A stretch of 64,000 nucleotides of DNA from Candidatus Pacebacteria bacterium CG_4_9_14_0_2_um_filter_40_15 (GTDB lineage: Bacteria; Patescibacteriota; Microgenomatia; UBA1400; PJMF01): positions 3,233 to 67,232 of the forward strand of contig PFRS01000008.1 of assembly GCA_002788675.1 (NCBI GenBank). The letters run 5' to 3'. A program made the translations under genes and the position numbers. Under the pieces are notes generated by a model that ran no database searches, had not been told where the DNA came from, and saw nothing but the letters and a program-made list of their open reading frames with translations. Positions 10,345 to 20,064 of this stretch are shown here, piece by piece; the first letter of the stretch is position 1, and each line of letters begins with the position of its first letter.

Positions 10345-12763
10345 AAAAATCATTTAATTCAAGTCTATCAAGAATTGGTTGTACTGGAACGGTACCAGTG
10401 AATTGTTGCTGTTGACCACATTTCGGCTCGATAAGTGATCCAATGACAAATGCTTCAGTATACTTTCGTATTCCATTCGAAGTTCTTGTGCATACCTCAG
10501 CAAAAGTTATTGATGAAGGTACAACAAATGTATGTGGTGTTTCCTCTGACAGTTGTGTTCTCATTATTTGATTCCATATTGGTGATGCTCCAGTTATACC
10601 TGAAGCGACATAACTCATTGAGGTATTGTCATTATTTCCAACCCAGACAGCTACAAGTCGATCTTTTGTATACCCAATGGTCCAGTTATCTCTTAAGTTA
10701 TTTGTTGTGCCCGTTTTTACAGCCACTTCTTGCCCAGGAATGGTGAGTGTTGACTGTAAGCCAAATGCAGGAGATCTGGCGACGTTATCTTTTAAGATAT
10801 CGGTGATTTGATATGCAACAGCAGGAGAAATTGCTTCTTGTGATTGGCAAATTCCTTCCAATACACAACTATTTCGATACAGAATTTCACCATCGAATGT
10901 TTTGACCTCTATAATTGGGTTTAAGTATGTGTGTGTTCCGTTGTTAGCAAACGTTCCGTACAGTTCAGCCATTTGAGTGAGCAGAACTTCTCCGCCTCCT
11001 AGAGTTAAGGATAATCCGAATCTATTTGTATCTTCCCAAGTAGTTATTCCAAAGTCAGGAGCTCGCTCTAACAGAGTAGATACGCCAATACTGGCGAGTA
11101 ATTTCACAGCAGGTATGTTGTATGAAGATGCTAGAGATTCTCTGAGTGTTACTTTGCCGTGGAACTTACCATCATAGTTTTTTGGGCTATAGGGAGGGGC
11201 ACCTTCGGCAGTAAATGTGATAGGAGCATCATCTATGTAGCTTGATGGCTTCTGGCCTGCTTCTAGGGCTAGTGCGTAGGTGAGCGGTTTAATTGATGAG
11301 CCTGGTTGTCTTGGACGAATGGTAACATTTACTTGTCCATCATGATCAAAGTCAAAGTAATCAACGCTTCCAACCATGGCTAGAATTGCTCCTGTTTTTG
11401 GTTCAGTTACAAGAGCGGCGCCATTGCTTACTTTTAGTCTTGCAATCTTGGTTACTTCGTTGGTAACAATTTCTTGTGCCGCTTTTTGAGTGGGTAAATC
11501 GAGTGTGGTAGTAACAATTAAGCCTCCATTAGTTACTAGGTCCTCACCGTATCGTTCGGCCAAGAGTGAACGCACATACATCACAAAATGTGGGGCTTCT
11601 ATTTCAATACCCCTTGGTGTAATTACTAGTTCTGCTTTTGATGCAGCATCAGCTTGGTCCCAGGTGATGTAGCCTTCCTCAGCCATTCGTCTGAGCACTT
11701 CAACTTGGCGTTTTTTTGCAAATTCTGGGTTTGAGCCATAAGGCGAGTACGAAGTTGGGGATGCAGGAAGGCCAGCAAGAAGCGCACCTTCAGCCAAGGT
11801 TAAATGTGAAGCGCTTTTACCAAAAAACTTTTGAGAGGCTTCTTCAATTCCATAAGTAGAGCCTCCATACGGGGCCTGGTTAAGGTACATTGCTAAGATC
11901 TCATTTTTTGAATAGGTATTTTCAACAAGAACTGACAAAATGAGTTCTTTAATTTTTCTCTGCAGAGTTCTTTCTGGTGATAGTAGCCTGTTTTTAACCA
12001 GCTGCTGAGTCAGCGTTGAGCCTCCTTGCACGGTAGTGCCTGTTTGATTTGAAACAAATGCTCGCATAATACCTCTTAGAGAAAAACCATAGTGGTTGTA
12101 AAAATCTTGATCCTCAATGGCAATTGTTGCTTGAATGAGTGAGATGGGTATCTCACTGAGTGGCACGATAGTACGATTTTCATCCTCATAAATTCTATAG
12201 AGAATGTTGCCATTTTTATCTAAAATTTTACTCGATACTGGAAGTGGACGACTCACTAGTTCTTCAGGCTGCGGTAGGTCCTTAAATATTTCTGTATAAA
12301 GTTGTGCTGTTCCCCAAAAAATAAAGAGGGCTGTCACAATGCTAAATACAAAAAACAATGGCAGATCTCTGAGTACGTAATAAAACGAAGAGATGTAGTC
12401 AAAAACTACTGTTTGAGTGAACCATTGCCAAAGCTTCATTGATTTCTTTTTGGGTGGGCGACCACGCTTCCTTTTACGGTGAGTTGCGTGATAGGGCGGA
12501 ACAAAGGTGAATAGAGGTGTTGCGCTTCCCGTCCTGAGAGGAAATCTGGATTTTGTATTCTGGATAAGAAAAGCAAAAAAAAGTGAAATACTCTGGAGCA
12601 GTGTATTGTTGGTTTTTCTTTTAGCCGTTGTTTTTTGAATCGGAACAGACGCAGTTTGTTTGGTGAAGATTTCTCGTTTATAGAAATATATGACGGCAGT
12701 AACAAGAGCGTGTTTTTTGCAGCAAAAGTGTTTGAACAGTGGAGTAACGTATGCGTTCTTCAT
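10304..12763 (-). CDS. Class A penicillin-binding protein (transglycosylase/transpeptidase); start uncertain
   Basis: AIEDQDFYNH, GGSTLTQQLVKN, RKIKE, PGSSIKP, SYN, KTGT. Confidence 0.93.
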   Translation of the reverse strand: MKNAYVTPLFKHFCCKKHALVTAVIYFYKREIFTKQTASVPIQKTTAKRKTNNTLLQSISLFFAFLIQNTKSRFPLRTGSATPLFTFVPPYHATHRKRKRGRPPKKKSMKLWQWFTQTVVFDYISSFYYVLRDLPLFFVFSIVTALFIFWGTAQLYTEIFKDLPQPEELVSRPLPVSSKILDKNGNILYRIYEDENRTIVPLSEIPISLIQATIAIEDQDFYNHYGFSLRGIMRAFVSNQTGTTVQGGSTLTQQLVKNRLLSPERTLQRKIKELILSVLVENTYSKNEILAMYLNQAPYGGSTYGIEEASQKFFGKSASHLTLAEGALLAGLPASPTSYSPYGSNPEFAKKRQVEVLRRMAEEGYITWDQADAASKAELVITPRGIEIEAPHFVMYVRSLLAERYGEDLVTNGGLIVTTTLDLPTQKAAQEIVTNEVTKIARLKVSNGAALVTEPKTGAILAMVGSVDYFDFDHDGQVNVTIRPRQPGSSIKPLTYALALEAGQKPSSYIDDAPITFTAEGAPPYSPKNYDGKFHGKVTLRESLASSYNIPAVKLLASIGVSTLLERAPDFGITTWEDTNRFGLSLTLGGGEVLLTQMAELYGTFANNGTHTYLNPIIEVKTFDGEILYRNSCVLEGICQSQEAISPAVAYQITDILKDNVARSPAFGLQSTLTIPGQEVAVKTGTTNNLRDNWTIGYTKDRLVAVWVGNNDNTSMSYVASGITGASPIWNQIMRTQLSEETPHTFVVPSSITFAEVCTRTSNGIRKYTEAFVIGSLIEPKCGQQQQFTGTVPVQPILDRLELNDFSRQKTKVPNQLRQ

Positions 12764-12942
12764 TATATTTTTTGGATGTCACCGCTGATGGGGACAGTAC
12801 TGATTTTTTTGGGTGAGATTTTTGTGAAGATCTCTTGCCATAACAAAAAATGCATGGAAGTGATACATGCCTCAAGAATCTGCCCTGTGCTGATAATAGC
12901 ACAGGCTTTGAGACAATAAAATACTCTAAGTACTAGAAAGTA

Positions 12943-14244
12943 TTAGTTGTTTGATGTTGAGAGTGGATTTGATACTTTTTTATTAATGACTTCCCAAAGT
13001 TCACGGGAGTTTCCTTCGTATCCGAGTGCCCAAATTGCGATGCCTCCTAGGTCAAGTTGATTCACGTAATCTAGTTTATAAGAGATTGATCGGGAGTTTT
13101 CATAGTAGACAACAAAAATTTCGTTGTCTTCAACATACGAAATGTAGGGAGAGAGTGCATTCTCATTCCATCCTTCTTCTACTTTAAGTTCCTCTTTTCT
13201 TTTGAGTAGTTCTTGAACACGTTCATAGCTTGCAGTGGCCCCTGTATCAGGGAAGGTATGTGATTGTGCATCTCTACTGGTTGTTTGCCATTCGTAGCCG
13301 TAGAAAGGTATTCCCAGCAATACCTTTTCAGGTGGAACTAGTTCAACAAAGCCTTGCAGATAGGTGTTAATGTCGTTGTCCCAAACATCCTTACCACCAA
13401 ACAATGGAGCTACTGGACCAGCTTGGGAGGATTGGCGGCGGTGAAAGTCGTACGCCATCACAACAATATAGTCAACTTCGTTACTCAGAGCTGAAATATC
13501 CCAAATATTTGTACCTTCAACGGCGCTAGCGTACATATCCACACTGAGGGTTATGTTCCCATATCTCTCATTAAGATGTGTTCTTAAGGTCTGCATGAAT
13601 GTGGTGAACTGGTCGCGCATTTTTGGACTTGGTGAACCATTCAGTTCAACATCAATATTTACTCCAGTAAAGGGATACGCTAACAAAACACTATCAAGTG
13701 AAGTCAAAAATTTTTCTTGTGCGCTTGGATTATTCAAAAATGAACTGATGTCGTCTGCATTGAATTGGGTCAGAACCAGTTCAACGTTTCCATTTTGTGC
13801 AATAATTTGATTACTCAGAGTCAAAAAATCATCTGAGTTGAGTTTACTAAAGCCAGGTTCAGTTCCTTCATCAGTTTGGGTGATAAGTGATCCATCAGCA
13901 CCAATCGTTAAACTAAAGTAGGACAGGTGTGTGAGCTCAGGTTGTATTGTTACTTTTGTAACATTCCAGTAAGGTAAGAATCCGTAGATTACTTTTTTAT
14001 TTTTTGGTGAAGTTGTTGGTGATCTCAGAAAGCTAAAACTGGTTAGGGATGAGATTGGTGATTCTAGCGGTTCCTCAGCATACCACCACACTGTTACCAA
14101 TGAAGCAAAGATAATCGTTAGGAGTAAGAGAACCCCTACTTTTAATTTTTTGTATGATCGTTGCTTCTTTTTTTTGGGCGGCTCTACATCATCAATAGAA
14201 GAAGCATTGCGGAAAAATTTTTTCATCCTATGCATTCTATTCAA
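12943..14244 (-). CDS. Membrane-anchored glycoside hydrolase family 18
   Basis: GVNIDVE, VVMAYDFH, LGIPFYGYEW, LGGIAIWALG. Confidence 0.88.
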   Translation of the reverse strand: MNRMHRMKKFFRNASSIDDVEPPKKKKQRSYKKLKVGVLLLLTIIFASLVTVWWYAEEPLESPISSLTSFSFLRSPTTSPKNKKVIYGFLPYWNVTKVTIQPELTHLSYFSLTIGADGSLITQTDEGTEPGFSKLNSDDFLTLSNQIIAQNGNVELVLTQFNADDISSFLNNPSAQEKFLTSLDSVLLAYPFTGVNIDVELNGSPSPKMRDQFTTFMQTLRTHLNERYGNITLSVDMYASAVEGTNIWDISALSNEVDYIVVMAYDFHRRQSSQAGPVAPLFGGKDVWDNDINTYLQGFVELVPPEKVLLGIPFYGYEWQTTSRDAQSHTFPDTGATASYERVQELLKRKEELKVEEGWNENALSPYISYVEDNEIFVVYYENSRSISYKLDYVNQLDLGGIAIWALGYEGNSRELWEVINKKVSNPLSTSNN

Positions 14245-16636
14245 CGTGTTTCACCGGTAAATCATGTGGGACCACACGTTGTTCGTACTGTACTTTACCA
14301 TCTTCAGTCGTAAGACGCGAGCAGTCTTCACAATACTGAGATTCGTAGGTAATTGGATCAGCATAGAAAGTGCGTTCTTCTAAAACGAGGCCATCAACCT
14401 GTTCTCCTGGTGTAGGTGGTAGGCCAGTGCGAGGGTCAATCCAAACATTTTCTTTGACTAGTTTTGCGTAAGACGGTTTACTTTCAGTCCAGTAGAGCTC
14501 GGTGTACCGACCTTGACATTGATCCTTTGCTGAACTTGGAAATCCAGAAGCGCAGACAAAACCACTTGCAACATCTTCGGGTTTTTCTTGCCAAGATGGC
14601 TCTTTACCTTGCAAAATGTATGACATGATATCATTCCAAATTGGCGCTGCACCAGTCACACCACTCACAAGGTATGGATTCATTGGCGTATTATCGTTAT
14701 TACCGACCCATGTTATGACCAAGTATTCTGGTGTGAATCCAACGGTCCAGTTATCTTTAAGATCATTAGTTGTCCCAGTTTTGGCACTGACTACCTGGTT
14801 AGGAATTACAAGTTCTGAACGGGTCCCAAAGGCAAGTTTTCGGGCGTTATTATCTTGCATGATGTGACTGGTTAGGTACGCTGGCGCGCGATGCATAACT
14901 CTAGTTAGTGAGTCTTCTTGTGTATCTTGTTCATGAGAGTTTAAGTAGGCAAGTGTTTCTTGTGTTTTTTCAGGATCCATATCGGCAAGTACATTTCCTT
15001 TATAATCTTCAATTTTTAGAATAGGTGTAAGAGGAACTTTAACACCTTGATTTGCTATGACTGTGAAAGCTTGTGCCATATCGATCATGCGCACTTCGCC
15101 GCCACCTAATGTAAGAGAAAGGCCATATTGTGATGGATCATCCCATCCGGTTATTCCCAGTTTGGTTGCTTGATCAATAAATGGTTGGAGTCCGATAATG
15201 CGAAGCCCCTTCACTGCAGGTATATTTAATGAATTGCCCAAAGAGTCACGAATAGTCACTGGCCCTTTAAATGAGCCATCATAGTTTTTTGGACAGTATG
15301 GTTGTTGCCCTGGTATAGTGAAACAAGTTGGTGTATCAACTAGAATTGAGCCCGGGTTTATTTCCTTTAGTTCCATTGCTGTGGCGTACATTAGAGGTTT
15401 GATTGATGATCCCGGTTGTCTTCTGGCTAAGGCAACATTAACTTGGCCTTCTGCAGTAGCATCGAAGTAGTCGCGAGAACCGATCATGCTTAAGATCTCG
15501 CCGGTATTTGGTTTAACAATCAGTGCAGCACCATTGCCCACACGATATCTTTCAAGATTTTCAATCTCTGCAGAGAGTGATGCCTGAGCAGTATTTTGCA
15601 AGTCTAAGTCGAGTGTTGTGTAAACGCGAAGGCCTCCAGTTTTGACCATTTCTTCCCCATACGTATCAAAGAGGAGATCACGAACAAAAAATACAAAGTG
15701 AGGAGCTTGGATGTCGGTTTTAGATAGTGCATAGGTGAGTACTTCTTTTTCTGCGTCAGATGCTTGTGACTGCGTAATGTAGCCATCCTCTGCCATACGA
15801 CGAAGGACTTCTTTTTGACGGTTTTTAGCAGCAGACGGATCAGAACCAAAAGGTGAGTAGCGGCTTGGTGCCTGAGGTAATCCCGCAAGGAGTGCAGCCT
15901 CAGCAATGGTTAACTCAGTGGCTGGTTTGCCAAAATATGTTTGTGAGGCAGATTCAACACCAACGGAAGTTCCGCCATAGGAAATATAATTCATATACAT
16001 TTCCAGAATTTCTTCTTTTGAATAAATAACTTCTGAAAAGATGGCAAGAATACCTTCTTTCATCTTGCGTTTAATTGATTTTTCTTTGGTAAGAAGAGCA
16101 TTTTTAACAAGTTGCTGCGTGATAGTAGAGCCACCCTCTAAGGTTTCACCTTGAATGTTATTCTTAATAGCACGAGTTATTCCTGCAAGGTCAAACCCAA
16201 AATGAGAGTAAAAATTCTTATCCTCAATTGCTATAGAGGCCTGATAGACATATGGAGGTACATCTTTAATTTGGATAGGTGTTCTATTTTCGTCGGCATA
16301 TACTTCATACAACAGTGTGCCACTTCTGTCTAAAATTTGTGTTGTGACAGCAAAGTTTTCATTACCGGTGGTGATTCTTCTGGGTGAAGGTAAATCTTTG
16401 AGCAAATAGAGTAAGCCAACAGCACAGAGTAGCACGATGAGTGCAAGGAGCAGCCATGAGATTGGGCTCAGGAGAACTATTAAAGGTATGCGGAGCAGCA
16501 ATGGGAAGTGAGCAAATCTTTTTTTTCTTTGTGTAAGTTGTTCTTCTGTTCCCAAAAGTACGTCCTTAAAGGAGTAATGCTTTTTCTTTTTTTTCAAGAT
16601 AGCTGGAATGAGTTTTTTCATAAGAATTTGTTGCAT
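14237..16636 (-). CDS. Class A penicillin-binding protein (second paralog)
   Basis: AIEDKNFYSH, GGSTITQQLVKN, PGSSIKP, SLN, KTGT. Confidence 0.93.
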   Translation of the reverse strand: MQQILMKKLIPAILKKKKKHYSFKDVLLGTEEQLTQRKKRFAHFPLLLRIPLIVLLSPISWLLLALIVLLCAVGLLYLLKDLPSPRRITTGNENFAVTTQILDRSGTLLYEVYADENRTPIQIKDVPPYVYQASIAIEDKNFYSHFGFDLAGITRAIKNNIQGETLEGGSTITQQLVKNALLTKEKSIKRKMKEGILAIFSEVIYSKEEILEMYMNYISYGGTSVGVESASQTYFGKPATELTIAEAALLAGLPQAPSRYSPFGSDPSAAKNRQKEVLRRMAEDGYITQSQASDAEKEVLTYALSKTDIQAPHFVFFVRDLLFDTYGEEMVKTGGLRVYTTLDLDLQNTAQASLSAEIENLERYRVGNGAALIVKPNTGEILSMIGSRDYFDATAEGQVNVALARRQPGSSIKPLMYATAMELKEINPGSILVDTPTCFTIPGQQPYCPKNYDGSFKGPVTIRDSLGNSLNIPAVKGLRIIGLQPFIDQATKLGITGWDDPSQYGLSLTLGGGEVRMIDMAQAFTVIANQGVKVPLTPILKIEDYKGNVLADMDPEKTQETLAYLNSHEQDTQEDSLTRVMHRAPAYLTSHIMQDNNARKLAFGTRSELVIPNQVVSAKTGTTNDLKDNWTVGFTPEYLVITWVGNNDNTPMNPYLVSGVTGAAPIWNDIMSYILQGKEPSWQEKPEDVASGFVCASGFPSSAKDQCQGRYTELYWTESKPSYAKLVKENVWIDPRTGLPPTPGEQVDGLVLEERTFYADPITYESQYCEDCSRLTTEDGKVQYEQRVVPHDLPVKHVE

Positions 16637-16781
16637 TCACGTAAGAATCCACCAATAGCTATAGTGTAGCAAATTATTGTGCATATACGGGGCAGAAAAT
16701 TTGTTCAGCTCAAGTAGTTTGGTCACACATACTCGGCTCTGCCATTGTATTTAGAAACTTCACTCGGTATAGTAGTCACAT

Positions 16782-17258
16782 ATGAAAGAAGTCGTCCAAG
16801 AACAATGGTTTGATCAAATTCCAGAAAGGCCAAGAACATTACTTATTCTTGCATTAGATTTGTATCAACGCGAAGTCGCTCAGGGAACCGAACTTTCAGA
16901 TTACTCATTTTTAGTTTTTCCTGCAGCTAAAGCATATGAGGGTTTTTTGAAACATTATTTTTTCACTCAAGGTCTTATAGCTAAGCGTACATATGAAGGC
17001 AAGCGATTTAGAATTGGTCGTGCGTTAAATCCCGACATTCATCCTAAAGGAAGGGATGAATATTGGTTGTATGATGACGTTTCAAAAAAGTGTGGGGCAG
17101 AATTAGCAACTGAGCTTTGGGATACCTGGTTAGTGTGTAGAAATCAAGTGTTTCATTACTTTCCACTTAAAGATTCGTCACTCCAATTAGAGCACGCACA
17201 ACAAAAACTTGAAAAGATCCTATCAGCAATTCGCATAGCTATATTGTGTAATCAGTAA
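16782..17258 (+). CDS. Stand-alone RnlA/LsoA-like HEPN domain protein
   Basis: DYSFLVFPAAKAYEGFLK segment and Rx4H motif RNQVFH. Confidence 0.6.
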   Translation: MKEVVQEQWFDQIPERPRTLLILALDLYQREVAQGTELSDYSFLVFPAAKAYEGFLKHYFFTQGLIAKRTYEGKRFRIGRALNPDIHPKGRDEYWLYDDVSKKCGAELATELWDTWLVCRNQVFHYFPLKDSSLQLEHAQQKLEKILSAIRIAILCNQ

Positions 17259-17387
17259 ATTGCGACACTTTATTACTGTTCAGTCAGATTATTTTCAGTA
17301 TGGTCCTAGCCTGCTAGGAGTTCAGTGGGTATAATACCTCTTAAATCTTCATATTAGTTTTATACTAATACTATAGCAAGGAAGCAT

Positions 17388-18017
17388 ATGTCAAAAGAAC
17401 ACCTTTACAAAAATATTACGATTTCTGGTCTTCCTGGAAGTGGTTCAACAACATTGCTTAAAATGTTGAAGAAGGACAACTCACTCAGGTTTGATGGTTG
17501 GACAGGTTTTAACGGTGGTGAATTTATGCGTGCGTATGCAAAAGAAAAAGGTTTATTTAAAGAACAAGGTAATCTGCATCACTCAGCTGCACACTATGAA
17601 GATGATTTTGATCGAGAAGTTGACATGGGTATGCGAGAAAAACTTATGCACGAAGATCACTGGATTTTAGAGTCTTGGTTATCTGGCTTTATGGCACAAC
17701 AGGTTGAAGGAACACTAAAAGTTTTAATGACTTGTAGTGATAAGGCAGTGAAAGTTGACAGAGTAGTTAATAGAGACAAAGTTACTGCAGATGATGCAAT
17801 TGCTAATATGCATACGCGATATACTGAGAATTACGCCAAGTGGTCACGCATGTATAGTGCTGAGTGGAAAGAGTGGGTTGTAAAACCGGGAACAGTAAAA
17901 GCAGAAGATCCGATTGATTTTTGGCGTTCGGAACTTTACGATGTAGTTATAGATACGTATTCACATAATCAGCAGGAGACACTGCAAATAGTTTTAGATG
18001 CCATCAACAAAAAGTAG
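17388..18017 (+). CDS. Cytidylate kinase-like P-loop kinase (archaeal-type Cmk family)
   Basis: ITISGLPGSGSTT, GEFMRAYAKEKG, DREVD, ILESWLSG, YDVVIDT. Confidence 0.8.
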   Translation: MSKEHLYKNITISGLPGSGSTTLLKMLKKDNSLRFDGWTGFNGGEFMRAYAKEKGLFKEQGNLHHSAAHYEDDFDREVDMGMREKLMHEDHWILESWLSGFMAQQVEGTLKVLMTCSDKAVKVDRVVNRDKVTADDAIANMHTRYTENYAKWSRMYSAEWKEWVVKPGTVKAEDPIDFWRSELYDVVIDTYSHNQQETLQIVLDAINKK

Positions 18018-18684
18018 CACACAACAAAAAACAGCAAAAGTCTTATCAAGACATATTTTGTTTTTCCCGTTGTTGACTTTGGTATTAATTTTGTGGCTGT
18101 TGTACAGAAGTTTATTTAATTTCCCTGTTTGGTTTGACGAAACCATTGGCAAAGCTGTATTTTTTGGTTTGCCAGTCTGGGTGTATGTCACAATTACCGG
18201 TTACGACAAAATTATTGAAACATTTTCTTCATATAAGTTGAGAGAAGGACTGTTAATGGGAATTGCCATTGGAGGTATCTATGGATTTGTGATGTCCATA
18301 GTATCGCTGGTGCAGAGTGGGGCAACAGTTCAGGCAGTAATGTTATTTGACTCTGCCGCGTTTTGGAGAGAATTTAGTTTAGCTTTACTCACCAGTTTCT
18401 GGGAGACATTACTTTTCTTTAGTTTTGTGATGGTTGTTTTAATGGAGAAGTATAAGCAGTGGTCCATGTTAAAGACGGTGCTTTTTACAGCTGCTATTTT
18501 CTTGGTCTTTCACGTTCCAAATACCTTTTTAAGATTTGATGGTGCACAAGTGGTGTCACAAATATTTATTTTGGCTCTCTTTGCTGTGGGTCAGGCATTG
18601 TTGTTTTATGACAGAAAAAACGCATTTGCTCTTATACTCTCTCAGGCTATCTGGGGAATGGTGCTCTTGGTTCATGCTTGGTAA
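17998..18684 (+). CDS. CPBP (CAAX/Abi) intramembrane protease-like protein, motifs degenerate
   Basis: Multi-TM; FWETLLFF where EExxxR is expected; FLVFH retained; SQAIWG where HxxxN is expected. Confidence 0.6.
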   Translation: MPSTKSSTQQKTAKVLSRHILFFPLLTLVLILWLLYRSLFNFPVWFDETIGKAVFFGLPVWVYVTITGYDKIIETFSSYKLREGLLMGIAIGGIYGFVMSIVSLVQSGATVQAVMLFDSAAFWREFSLALLTSFWETLLFFSFVMVVLMEKYKQWSMLKTVLFTAAIFLVFHVPNTFLRFDGAQVVSQIFILALFAVGQALLFYDRKNAFALILSQAIWGMVLLVHAW

Positions 18685-18757
18685 AGTAGAACGTAAGGAC
18701 AGTTGATTAGTATTTTTTTTGCGGTATAGTATTGTTTTTATTGGGAATTTTATAAAA

Positions 18758-19273
18758 ATGAAACACATAGAAATTATTGGGTCAGTTTCAGCATTAGTAT
18801 TTGGTGTTTCACTTGTTGTTATTTCCCTTATATCGGCATCGCAAGTTCAGTCAAAGGGATTAGAGGTATCTCATAAAGAGATGTACTTTGAGGATGATGT
18901 ATTACCAGATCACGCGCTGTATCCAATTTTGATGGTTCGTGATAGAGTGCAACTTGAATTAGCTCAACCAGAAGATAGAATTTCTCTCAGAGTTGCCTTT
19001 GCACAAGAACGCATGCATTCAGCTGAAATGCTCTACGAAAAAGGGAAACCTGAGTTGGCATTATCAACAGCTACAAAAGCCCAAAAATACTTGCTTACAG
19101 CAGCGTTAGAAGTTAAAGCGATGGATATGAGTGAAGATCTTCAAACCTACGTTTTTACAGCTTTGCGTGAACAAACTGAGCATCTTAAGCAACTTCAAGA
19201 GAAGTATAATGATGACCAATATGAAGTTCTTGAGAAACTCATCCAGGAGAGTAAATCCGTTTTCACGGAGTAG
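18758..19273 (+). CDS. Exported or membrane-anchored helical protein (DUF5667-like)
   Basis: Signal/TM then LPDHALYPI...DRVQLEL...A.ER. Confidence 0.6.
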   Translation: MKHIEIIGSVSALVFGVSLVVISLISASQVQSKGLEVSHKEMYFEDDVLPDHALYPILMVRDRVQLELAQPEDRISLRVAFAQERMHSAEMLYEKGKPELALSTATKAQKYLLTAALEVKAMDMSEDLQTYVFTALREQTEHLKQLQEKYNDDQYEVLEKLIQESKSVFTE

Positions 19274-19452
19274 CTGTCAGCGCTGGACTCGAATACTCAT
19301 TCATTTTTTGACGTAATACGTCATTATTTTTACATTTCTTTACTTATTTACTATCACAAAAGCATTATTCTGTGACACTTTTTTGTACACAAACGATGTA
19401 GTTGACAGTAGTGGCATGGATATGAGATTCTTGACATCCGCAACATTTTGAA

Positions 19453-19468
19453 ACACAACATATTGTGG
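19453..19468 (+). promoter_or_regulatory. NrdR box
   Basis: ACACAACATATTGTGG fits acaCwAtATaTwGtgt, upstream of nrdR and the reductase; weaker candidates at 19438-19453 and 19389-19404. Confidence 0.75.
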
Positions 19469-19582
19469 TTTGCGGAGATAGAAAACACAAAAGCTTGTAA
19501 AAACACAATGATTTACAGGAATTTTTATTAAAATTGAAAACAAATTGTACAAAAGTAACGTACAAGCAAAGATTGGAACACT

Positions 19583-20038
19583 ATGAAATGTCCCTACTGC
19601 TTAAAGCCTGATACGAACGTGATTGATTCACGCGAAGCTGAAGATCAGACTACCATTCGTCGCCGCCGCCTCTGTAACTCATGCGGAAAGCGATTTACTA
19701 CGTACGAGCGTATTGAAGGAATCGATCTAAAAATTATTAAAAAGGATGGTTCAAAAGATTCCTTTGATAGAGACAAACTTAAGCGTGGCATTATCAAAGC
19801 TACTTGGAAGCGTCCTGTGTCGATGGCAGATATTGAAGATATGGTAAACGAAGTTGAGCGAAAATTGCGTCTTAAAAAGACGAGTGAAGTTAAGAGTTGG
19901 GAAGTAGGAAATTTAGTAATAAATAGGCTGAAGAAAGTCGATAAGCTCTCATACTTACTGTTTGCGAGCGTCTACAGAGACTTTGACAGCGTTGAAGATT
20001 TCCAAGAAGAAATCAACAAATTAGTAGAAGAAAACTAG
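19583..20038 (+). CDS. nrdR: Transcriptional repressor NrdR
   Basis: MKCPYC...VIDSR...IRRRRLC..CGKRFTTYE; ATP-cone; FASVYRDF. Confidence 0.97.
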   Translation: MKCPYCLKPDTNVIDSREAEDQTTIRRRRLCNSCGKRFTTYERIEGIDLKIIKKDGSKDSFDRDKLKRGIIKATWKRPVSMADIEDMVNEVERKLRLKKTSEVKSWEVGNLVINRLKKVDKLSYLLFASVYRDFDSVEDFQEEINKLVEEN

Positions 20039-20064
20039 CTAGTTAACAGCATAAAAGGGAAGAT

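Noticed and set aside
12678-12902. Frameshifted 5' extension of the PBP gene
   Set aside because: The upstream alternative-frame ORF has no recognisable features; start ambiguity explains the region without a frameshift.
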